This document shows, in pieces, positions 7,149 to 13,729 of a stretch of DNA of 32,000 nt. Source of the DNA: Parasynechococcus marenigrum WH 8102 (GTDB lineage: Bacteria > Cyanobacteriota > Cyanobacteriia > PCC-6307 > Cyanobiaceae); assembly GCF_000195975.1 (NCBI RefSeq), contig NC_005070.1, forward strand, positions 1,350,001 to 1,382,000. Reading direction: 5' to 3'. The notes beneath the pieces were generated by a model that saw only the letters and a list, made by a program, of their open reading frames with translations, had not been told where the DNA came from and searched no databases. The position numbers and the translations under genes are program-made. How positions within the stretch are numbered: the first letter of the stretch is position 1; each line of letters starts with the position of its first letter.

Positions 7149-7611
7149 GCACGCCATTTCCAACATCGGCGGGCGCTGCCCCAGAGGCAATGCGCCTTAA
7201 CACCGATTGCCGGATGTGCTCCACGCGACCAACACTGTGGTCATCGAGATCGGAGGTGCCCATGACGGCCGACACTCCACCTGAGCAACACCCAGAAGCT
7301 GCCTGACTGACTCGGCCCCTGCTCCAACAGTTTCCACCCATCCGTAAGGCTCGTCCTTTGGCAGGCATTCCTTGAGCGCCACGTCAATCGACACTCCATT
7401 GCACCGTCCTCAGGTGCCCAGGAGTCCACAAGCCTTCACACCTGGACCCCATGGCCCCAGGCGCCATCCAGCCAGACGCTTTGACCGTTTCTTCAGTCCC
7501 TTTGCTTGAGGTTCCAACTCCCTGAAGCATTACTGATCAGGTCGATTGCTATGCACAAACGAGCGAGATAGGCCGTCCTTCCCATCCGGGAGGGGCGGCC
7601 TTCCCCTTGTT
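7149..7611. repeat. Direct repeat R, copy 2 (463 bp)
   Basis: Identical to 3009-3471 apart from 7170 (C versus T) and 7175 (G versus A), at an offset of exactly 4140 bp. It begins 13 nt upstream of the GT2 TTG start. Confidence 0.97.
7570..7611 (+). terminator. plus-strand hairpin plus T-rich tail at the right end of R copy 2
   Basis: Same sequence as 3430-3471. Confidence 0.45.
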
Positions 7612-7815
7612 CATCTGGTGCAATTCAGCTGTGGAGCTGATGTTTACCGAACGCAATCAATGATTTGCCGGATTGCAGCGGCTCACATATGTTTTTTGGG
7701 TGAAGAGAAGCGCAGACGACAGATTCCACATCGCGGTGCAAGCCTTGGCTGCCTGATTGCACCCTGATCAGTCCACGGCGTTGACTTCACACAACCGTGA
7801 TTCCGGAGACGATCC

Positions 7816-7980
7816 ATGACATCAGCCTCTGTGGTGACCACGCGCGATGGAGACACCGTGCGCATGTTTCAGGGCGTGGATGGTCCTTTTTACCGCGCCT
7901 GCAACGGCAACCGCTGCGTAAACTGCCGAGACCTTGTGATCGCCCTCGAGCATCTCAAGGTCTGGCGTCAGAAGCTCTGA
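7816..7980 (+). CDS. small hypothetical protein (54 aa, MTSASVVTTRDGDTVRMFQGVDGPFYRACNGNRCVNCRDLVIALEHLKVWRQKL)
   Basis: Below the track cut-off. ATG start, GC-rich third positions, C-x4-C-x2-C motif. The listed ORFs 7683-7865, 7797-7994 and 7822-8037 overlap it: two are antisense and one is on the same strand in another frame. Confidence 0.45.
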   Translation: MTSASVVTTRDGDTVRMFQGVDGPFYRACNGNRCVNCRDLVIALEHLKVWRQKL

Positions 7981-8009
7981 GAGATCAACAGTGAACAAGC
8001 GCGGACGAA

Positions 8010-8246
8010 CTACTTCTGGCGCTTGAAGGTGTAACAACCACCGTGGTAGCCGGTGAAGGGCTGGGCATAGGTGGTGAGCTCCCAGCCCTGTTCCCCCAGC
8101 TCATTCATCAACCCCACCAGGGTCACATCGCGCTGGGGGTGGCTGCGGGAAATGATCTGACGATCATCCAGCCATAACTCTTCGATCTCACCGGTCCACG
8201 ACTTACCGCGGGGCACAAAGCGGAGCTGGGTGTATTCCCACTTCAT
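8010..8246 (-). CDS. DUF4177-like small protein (78 aa)
   Basis: The internal ATG at 8244-8246 of the 138-aa track ORF gives MKWEYTQLRF...LMNELGEQGWELTTY..., which is the WEY...LN.LG.EGWEL pattern of DUF4177. The upstream extension is R/C/H-rich and unlikely to be coding. Confidence 0.6.
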   Translation of the reverse strand: MKWEYTQLRFVPRGKSWTGEIEELWLDDRQIISRSHPQRDVTLVGLMNELGEQGWELTTYAQPFTGYHGGCYTFKRQK

Positions 8247-8269
8247 CGCGGACCGGGAGGGGCAGTGGA

Positions 8270-8521
8270 TCAAAGCACGCCGAGGGGGCCCTTCTTCTTC
8301 TTGCAGTAGCCGGCACCGATGTTCATCCAACCGGCCTTGCAGGCCTGGCCATTGGTGGGAGCCACCTCGTAATACACAGGAGACACACAGGTGGTGCCGA
8401 GGGTGTTGACGTAGCCAGCCGGGCACTGATCAAAACCGGGGGCCTTGGGGATCTCCTTCTGCGCCAGGGCAGCGGAGGGAGCCACCAGCAAAGGAAGCAG
8501 AGCAAGAAGAACGGAGCGCAT
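8270..8521 (-). CDS. small secreted Cys-rich protein (83 aa)
   Basis: The internal ATG at 8519-8521 gives a signal peptide MRSVLLALLPLLVAPSAALA-QK, followed by 4 Cys and a KKKK tail. Confidence 0.6.
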   Translation of the reverse strand: MRSVLLALLPLLVAPSAALAQKEIPKAPGFDQCPAGYVNTLGTTCVSPVYYEVAPTNGQACKAGWMNIGAGYCKKKKGPLGVL

Positions 8522-8639
8522 CAGTCGAAAGCTGCTAGAGCACATCAAGGTATTAGGCGAATCCGTAGCAATCGAAAGCCGTCCGCCCGACAAGTGTGCA
8601 AAGGATCCGACAGAGTGCCGGCATTTCAGGCACCTACCC

Positions 8640-8942
8640 ATGACCACGCCCAACCGCGATCAGGTGCTGGCAGCCTCCGCCGGTTGGGTGGCCGTGCTGC
8701 TCAATGTGGTGCCCGGACTCGGGGCCGGCTACCTCTACCAACGCCGCTGGCGGGCCTACTGGATCACCTCTGCTGTGGCCACCGCCTGGTTCGTGGCCGG
8801 TGCCGTCCTGGCTCAGGATGCGGATGCTGCTGCCGAAGCGCAGAACCAACTTGTGGGGTTGATCGGCCTGCTGGTGCTGGCGGGGGTGACCGCCACCGAA
8901 GCCGGCCTCAGGCTGAAGCAGGTGCGTCAGTCACTCTCCTGA
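8640..8942 (+). CDS. hypothetical membrane protein (100 aa)
   Basis: The internal ATG at 8640 gives MTTPNRDQVLAASAGWVAVLLNVVPGLGAGYLYQRRW... with three hydrophobic segments. The upstream part of the track ORF overlaps the divergent gene. Confidence 0.55.
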   Translation: MTTPNRDQVLAASAGWVAVLLNVVPGLGAGYLYQRRWRAYWITSAVATAWFVAGAVLAQDADAAAEAQNQLVGLIGLLVLAGVTATEAGLRLKQVRQSLS

Positions 8943-8948
8943 TCTGAG

Positions 8949-9113
8949 TCAATCGGGTAAGCGTTCAACGGCGACGTGCATGAAGCGCTTGACCATGGCG
9001 ATCGGCCAGCCCTCACGCTGCAGCTCCTCAGCGATCTGATCGATCTGATTGGCAATCTCCTCAGCCACCAGCTCCTCAAGCAAGTGGTTGGAGTGCTGGG
9101 TGGATGCAGTCAT
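8949..9113 (-). CDS. small hypothetical protein (54 aa, MTASTQHSNHLLEELVAEEIANQIDQIAEELQREGWPIAMVKRFMHVAVERLPD)
   Basis: Below the track cut-off. ATG start, helical acidic sequence, convergent with 8640-8942 (6-nt gap). Confidence 0.45.
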   Translation of the reverse strand: MTASTQHSNHLLEELVAEEIANQIDQIAEELQREGWPIAMVKRFMHVAVERLPD

Positions 9114-9227
9114 GGCAAGCGAGATCTTCTACGGGGCTAACCCATCCCTGCCGAGCGGCGCCACTGCAACATCCGTGACGAATGCAATCTCAGTGAAGAC
9201 GTACGGTTTCTTCACTATGGAGGTGCC

Positions 9228-9524
9228 ATGGAGAGGATGGTCTGGGCATTGGTGCTGATGGTTGGTCCAGAAGCGGCCCTGGCGGAAGCCAGGTTTGAGT
9301 GGACGGAGACCACCAGCAAGGAATGCAGGGCCTACTTCCAGCAGGCCTACATCGACCAGGCCCGGGCACTGCCGCCGAAAGGCATGGGACGTGACTACTG
9401 CGGTTGCGTGAAGGACGCACTGGCCACCAACCCAGCCGCGGCGGATGTCACCCAGATGTGTTCACTGATGGTGAATTCCAGATTTCAAACAGCATCACAA
9501 CAGGTAAACACCTCAGACAACTGA
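9228..9524 (+). CDS. hypothetical secreted protein (98 aa)
   Basis: Signal-like MERMVWALVLMVGPEAALAEA, then 4 Cys. No family recognised. Confidence 0.5.
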   Translation: MERMVWALVLMVGPEAALAEARFEWTETTSKECRAYFQQAYIDQARALPPKGMGRDYCGCVKDALATNPAAADVTQMCSLMVNSRFQTASQQVNTSDN

Positions 9525-9742
9525 GCTGGCATTCGACTCACGGATTGGGATAACACAGGCAGCCAATCTGAAGCTGTGTCTGATCACGATCAACCCAGCC
9601 CAATCCGTTTCCACAGTTCCATTCACGACGATCAACCCTGTGAATGCCTGAGCTGCCGCAATCTGCGTGCTGCAATTCAACGCAACGCTGTTGCACAGCC
9701 AATGCAGTTGCGTCGGCGTTGAACCGTTGGCAGGGTGAAGGC

Positions 9743-9904
9743 ATGAAGCACTCCTCTCTGCTGCAGCGACTCGGCACCTATCTGCTGGGGTTGGTGGACG
9801 AATACTGGGCCATGAGGCGACCCTGGCAGTACGGCAACAAACAGCCCCAGTGCGGCTTGCAATGCGATGGCGATCATTGCCAGCGCAGCGACGAAGCTAT
9901 TTGA
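9743..9904 (+). CDS. small Cys-rich hypothetical protein (53 aa, MKHSSLLQRLGTYLLGLVDEYW...CGLQCDGDHCQRSDEAI)
   Basis: Internal ATG of track ORF 9644-9904, preceded by GAAGG. Third-position GC is higher than in the overlapping minus-strand ORFs. It conflicts with 9538-9777(-) and 9677-9988(-), and only one of these can be real. Confidence 0.3.
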   Translation: MKHSSLLQRLGTYLLGLVDEYWAMRRPWQYGNKQPQCGLQCDGDHCQRSDEAI

Positions 9905-9915
9905 ATCGCAAGAAC

Positions 9916-9956
9916 AGAAAAAGGGGGGCGGCCGCTGGTGTGAGAGGGCGGCCGCC
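9916..9956 (-). terminator. GC-only hairpin with T-run on the minus strand
   Basis: GGCGGCCGC (9927-9935) pairs with GCGGCCGCC (9948-9956). Each arm contains a GCGGCCGC palindrome. The minus-strand RNA would continue CCCC-UUUUU-CUGUUCU. Confidence 0.3.
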
Positions 9957-10052
9957 AGAGAGCCAACTTCCCGATCAGCTCCGCGCATGTTTTAACCGCG
10001 GCTTAAAGCAGCAGCTGTTGGAATGGATACATCGTCGCTCCATCGAAGCTGC

Positions 10053-10370
10053 ATGAATCATTCGGCTCTGGTTCTTGTTCTGTTGAGTTCACTCCTCCAG
10101 GGGGTCGCTCAGGCCAACACCACGTCAAGAGAGCAGCAGTCGGTGATCGCACGCTGGACCGGTGAAAACATCTGCAAGATGGGCACCGAACGGTTCTACG
10201 CACTGCCAGAGGACGACGTCCGCAAGCTTTTTGAAAGCCAGACGTCCATGCGGTACAACGACATCCCTTTGACCCCAAGCGAATCAGAACGCAACAGAAT
10301 CACGTCTCAACTCACCGGTTACATCTCTGCCGTGTGCCCAAAAGAACTGGAAAATTATCGGAAACGATGA
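10053..10370 (+). CDS. hypothetical secreted protein (105 aa)
   Basis: The internal ATG at 10053 gives signal peptide MNHSALVLVLLSSLLQGVAQA. The mature part has 2 Cys. No family recognised. Confidence 0.55.
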   Translation: MNHSALVLVLLSSLLQGVAQANTTSREQQSVIARWTGENICKMGTERFYALPEDDVRKLFESQTSMRYNDIPLTPSESERNRITSQLTGYISAVCPKELENYRKR

Positions 10371-10422
10371 TCCGCTCCACGTTGATGCGTGATAGTCAGT
10401 CCAGAGCAATTCAGGTGCTGAA

Positions 10423-10593
10423 CTACTCGTCTTGCTGGTCCGCGTCCAGACCAAGGCAGGCCTGCTTGTCGACCTGACACAACAACTGCATCAGGTTCTG
10501 GCGATCCACGGCAGAAAGTTCCCCACTGGTTTCCCACTTCAAGCAGGTGCGTCGCTGACAGCTTCCTGTGTGGCCCTTAAGAACTTCAAACAT
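10423..10593 (-). CDS. small hypothetical protein (56 aa, MFEVLKGHTGSCQRRTCLKWETSGELSAVDRQNLMQLLCQVDKQACLGLDADQQDE)
   Basis: Below the track cut-off. A strong Shine-Dalgarno AAGGAGG lies 7 nt upstream of the ATG. The listed ORFs 10355-10537(-) and 10432-10620(+) are other frames of the same DNA. Confidence 0.5.
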   Translation of the reverse strand: MFEVLKGHTGSCQRRTCLKWETSGELSAVDRQNLMQLLCQVDKQACLGLDADQQDE

Positions 10594-10700
10594 GGCAGCC
10601 TCCTTTGGCTGATGTTTTGACTCCTACGCCAAAACAACACAACGAATCAAGAGCATGAATACCCATCAATGTGCAGTGTGTCGGCTCCGGAGCCAGCCCG

Positions 10701-10919
10701 TCAGGAGTTGTGAAGTTGCAGGAGAAGTTTGGCCGCCAGGCCTCTGGACAGGCGACGGTTCACCAACAAATCACAGATCCAATCAAACAGAGGCGGTGCA
10801 TCATCCACCTGGGCCAAACGCTGTTCGAGCTCTTTCAGTTCCTGAACGTGCCTACAGCCCCGCAAAGCATCGATCAGGGTGTCCTCGGTCGGCTTGCCAG
10901 ACATTGGGGTTCCGACCAT
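10701..10919 (-). CDS. hypothetical protein (72 aa, or 67 aa from MSGKPTED...)
   Basis: Clean helical sequence ...LIDALRGCRHVQELKELEQRLAQVDDAPPLFDWICDLLVNRRL.... Divergent from the GNAT gene. Confidence 0.45.
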   Translation of the reverse strand: MVGTPMSGKPTEDTLIDALRGCRHVQELKELEQRLAQVDDAPPLFDWICDLLVNRRLSRGLAAKLLLQLHNS

Positions 10920-11046
10920 CTCGGTCCTGTTGCACCTTCATGATTGCTACGTCATGGAGGTGCTGTTTGTCACCAGATGGGGGTAGGGCCACAGGCCTGA
11001 ATCGGTTGATGCTCAAACTGCGATGCCTTGATCGAAGACCGCACCC

Positions 11047-11937
11047 ATGACGGCATCACTGGAGATCAGACCCTTTCAGGAGACGGACCTGGACTTCGTC
11101 AGGCAACTGGCACGTCAGGAGGATTTTGCTCCTGGCATTGGGGACATCGCGATTTATGCCAACACGGCGAATCAAGGGGTATGGCTGGCCTGGCAGGGCG
11201 ATATGCCCGTGGGATGCATCGCTGCCGTGAAATACAACCTTGATTACGGCTTCATGGGTCTGTTTGTGGTGCACCCCGACCATCGCGGCGGTGGAGTGGG
11301 CAGGCAGCTCTGGGATCACGCTCTGGCATTACTCGCAGATGTGACGTGCATCGGCCTGGAAGCCGCACCATCAATGGTGGAGTTCTACCAACGTCAGGGC
11401 TTCCGAAAGGATTCGATCACCACGCGCAGGCAACATCTGCGCCTTGAAGAGTCATCGCAACACCCCACACGGCGATTGCTGCATCGCAACGACATCACGA
11501 TTGTTCCGCTCAAGGCCATCTCACTGGATGCGGTGCAGGCCTATGACGAACGTCATGAAATCAGCCCGCGGCCCCACTTCCTCCAACAGTGGCTGAATCA
11601 CCAGGCTGGTGATGTCTTCGTCGCCATGGACGGCAGCCATCAGTGCCATGGCTATGTCCGCATCCGTCCATGCCTGCTGCCCATTGGCCAAGGCTGGAGA
11701 ATCGGTCCATTGCTGGCAGAAGAGCCCGGGATCGCATCCTTGCTGCTGAGCAACGCCATGGATCGGCACAAAGGAATCATTCTCATCGACACCCCAGGCC
11801 ATAACCGATCAGCCCGAACCGTTGCAGGGGCTAAAGGATTTCGGCGAATGGGGGCAACCCATCGGATGTACAAAGGCGACCTTGACAATGGCCACGACCA
11901 GAACATCTACGGCCTGGCTTGCCTGGAATTGGGCTGA
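11047..11937 (+). CDS. GNAT-family N-acetyltransferase with C-terminal extension domain
   Basis: The acetyl-CoA binding core LFVVHPDHRGGGVGRQLWDHAL...FYQRQGF (Q/R-x-x-G-x-G/A motif) lies in the first 125 aa, followed by a second domain of about 170 aa (YitH-like layout). Confidence 0.85.
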   Translation: MTASLEIRPFQETDLDFVRQLARQEDFAPGIGDIAIYANTANQGVWLAWQGDMPVGCIAAVKYNLDYGFMGLFVVHPDHRGGGVGRQLWDHALALLADVTCIGLEAAPSMVEFYQRQGFRKDSITTRRQHLRLEESSQHPTRRLLHRNDITIVPLKAISLDAVQAYDERHEISPRPHFLQQWLNHQAGDVFVAMDGSHQCHGYVRIRPCLLPIGQGWRIGPLLAEEPGIASLLLSNAMDRHKGIILIDTPGHNRSARTVAGAKGFRRMGATHRMYKGDLDNGHDQNIYGLACLELG

Positions 11938-11948
11938 GGCACGGTGAA

Positions 11949-12635
11949 TCAAATCTGAACCATGCCGCAACGCATTCCCTTCAACACAGCCTGCACTCTG
12001 TTGTTCACCTCCAGCGTGCGCAACAGGCGCTTGGTGTAGGTGCGAGCGGTTTCTTCCGTCACCACAAGATCTTCAGCAATGTCGCGATCGGACATGCCGC
12101 GGGCAAGCCGATCCAACACCTCATATTCGCGGGGTGTGAGCCTCGGGCAGCTCAGGTAGGGAAGCTCATCGGACCGCAACGATGGGCTGCGGTAGGAGTG
12201 ATGTCCCATCACCGCCAACACAGCCGCTTCCAGGGGTTTGCGGTCTTCGATGATGTCGGCTTCAGCGACAACAGCTTCCAGCCAGGGCGCGCTGTCGTAT
12301 CCCACCGGGATGGCATCACTCAAAGCGAGCACAACAACCTTCAGATCCGGTTGGAGCTCACGTGCTTTGCGCACCAGCTCGAAGCCGTTACCGCGCTCCA
12401 GTAAATCCGTGCAAAGGAGAAACTCGAATGTGTCTTGTTTTAGGTAATCCAAGCAGGACACTTCATCGGTCACGGCACAACCGATCTGGGCACGTTCAGT
12501 CAGACTTTCACAGAAGCAACGCAGGAAAAAACGACCCTTCATCGCCAAGGCAATCTTTCCGGTCATCGCAACAGACAACAACGGCTCGTCGTTCAGCGTC
12601 TTTGGTTGCTGTTGGAGATATGGCGTCAGATCCAT
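11949..12635 (-). CDS. LuxR/FixJ-type HTH regulator with atypical receiver-like N-terminal domain
   Basis: The C-terminus LTPREYEVLDRLARGMSDRDIAEDLVVTEETARTYTKRLLRTLEVNNRVQAV is a LuxR-type HTH. The N-terminal domain keeps a candidate acceptor Asp (LLCTDL) but lacks the acidic DD pair (KIALAMKGRF). Confidence 0.85.
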   Translation of the reverse strand: MDLTPYLQQQPKTLNDEPLLSVAMTGKIALAMKGRFFLRCFCESLTERAQIGCAVTDEVSCLDYLKQDTFEFLLCTDLLERGNGFELVRKARELQPDLKVVVLALSDAIPVGYDSAPWLEAVVAEADIIEDRKPLEAAVLAVMGHHSYRSPSLRSDELPYLSCPRLTPREYEVLDRLARGMSDRDIAEDLVVTEETARTYTKRLLRTLEVNNRVQAVLKGMRCGMVQI

Positions 12636-12698
12636 GCCCAGAGCTGCTCCCTTCGCCCATCCTTGCCAGGCCGAGGAAGCATTCCGGAAACGCCGTTG

Positions 12699-12917
12699 TC
12701 AGTCGTCATAGACGCGGCATTCAGGGGCGTCTGGGTTGAGATCGCAATGCACCTCAAGCGAGGTGGGATCTTTGTGATCACCGGGGTGATGGCTGCGGTA
12801 GGTCTCAAGGCCTTCGAGTTCCGTGGCGTAGTGACGCACCTTGGCCTGATCGCCACTGGCTTCCGCTCGCGCCAACTGCTCACGGTCCTTGGCGATGTGG
12901 GTTTCGATCGTGTCCAT
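12699..12917 (-). CDS. cp12: CP12 (Calvin-cycle GAPDH/PRK regulator), variant without N-terminal Cys pair
   Basis: The internal ATG at 12915-12917 of the 169-aa track ORF gives 72 aa ending HCDLNPDAPECRVYDD, the CP12 C-terminal C-x7-C-(R/K)-x-YDD signature. The protein has only these two Cys. Confidence 0.85.
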   Translation of the reverse strand: MDTIETHIAKDREQLARAEASGDQAKVRHYATELEGLETYRSHHPGDHKDPTSLEVHCDLNPDAPECRVYDD

Positions 12918-13064
12918 CCAGGATTCAACAACTCCGGTGCATCCAACCTCCACACAGCCCCAGCTCACTACCCCCATCCGGGGACAGCAGAACTGTCCCC
13001 AAATGGGAGGCGATGGAATACAACCAGCCAGCGCACACTGACGCCACCAAAACGACGCTGCAGC

Positions 13065-13292
13065 ATGACCACAGCAAGCCTGAGCATCGGTGAACTTGAA
13101 GCGAACTATGCGCTGTACTGCAAAGCCCTGAAGATCCTGATCCGACAAGGCAAAAGCAGTGCGGAATTGCATCGCACCATCTGCTGGCATCGCCTCGGTT
13201 TGCTTCACCGATCACTGCCTCGGCAGTACAAGTCGCCCGAGCGACTGATGTTGATGATTCAGGCCGATCTTTCCAACAATGGCTCTGTTTAG
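13065..13292 (+). CDS. hypothetical protein (75 aa, MTTASLSIGELEANYALYCKALKILIRQGKSSAELHRTICWHRLG...)
   Basis: Internal ATG of the 228-aa track ORF. Only this C-terminal part looks coding, because the upstream part is antisense to CP12. Confidence 0.4.
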   Translation: MTTASLSIGELEANYALYCKALKILIRQGKSSAELHRTICWHRLGLLHRSLPRQYKSPERLMLMIQADLSNNGSV

Positions 13293-13729
13293 GAGTCGTT
13301 GTTCAGATGGAACTCAACGACGCCGGCGCTTGATGATGGCTGGCTTCAACGGACAGGCCAAGGCATGAAACGGTTGATGCTTGCCTTCCAGGATCATGGT
13401 GCCGATCGGATAGGCGTGGGCGAGTTCGAGCTTCATGGGTTGGGTATCTCGCAGGATCAACGTCCTGCTACAGGCTCACGATGCCTCGCGGCTGAGTGAT
13501 CGACTACCCCAATTCGGGGACAAGTGGATCAAAACCAGTCCACCTGGAGGATCTGGATTCCCGGGAAATCATTACGACTCGCGATGACGTGACGGCTTCC
13601 TCCCCAAACGCCATGAAATCGAAATCAACCAAATCACAAACACCAGAAGTGCCAGCATCGAGGGGCATTCAGATCAGTTCATAAATAATCTGGTAGGGAT
13701 ATGGCCCAAACGATTCCGACAGGACCAGA

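Noticed and set aside
5871-7190. Multiple 65-141-aa ORFs on both strands inside the GT2 gene (for example 5871-6296, 6211-6588, 6362-6649, 6610-6873, 6657-6962, 6870-7190)
   Set aside because: All overlap the 401-aa GT2 frame, which has clear motifs. Their compositions are R/P/C/W-rich.
7519-7544. TPP-riboswitch-like string on the minus strand of R (ACCTGATCAGTAATGCTTCAGGGAG, also 3379-3404)
   Set aside because: It resembles only the ACCUGAUC...UAAUGC...AGGGA part of the THI box. The obligatory CUGAGA element and the P1/P2 pairing partners are missing. The flanking hairpin favours the opposite strand.
3009-7611. Reading the repeats as DGR TR/VR, a MITE/IS, or att sites of an integrative island
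   Set aside because: There are only two mismatches, they are not adenine-specific, and there is no reverse transcriptase. R has no terminal inverted repeats and no transposase. No integrase or tRNA/tmRNA target is present, and 463 bp is far longer than typical att cores.
9538-9988. Minus-strand ORFs 9538-9777 (Cys-rich) and 9677-9988 (signal-like MIAIALQAALGLFVAVLP...)
   Set aside because: They overlap each other and the plus-strand 9743-9904 ORF. Their third-position GC is lower than that of the plus ORF. This is not resolved, so none is called with confidence.
12606-13292. Full-length 228-aa (+) and 169-aa (-) ORFs covering 12.6-13.3 kb
   Set aside because: They are mutually antisense. 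Only the 72-aa CP12 C-terminal segment (minus) and the 75-aa C-terminal segment (plus) look coding. The remainder is low-complexity or C/W-rich.
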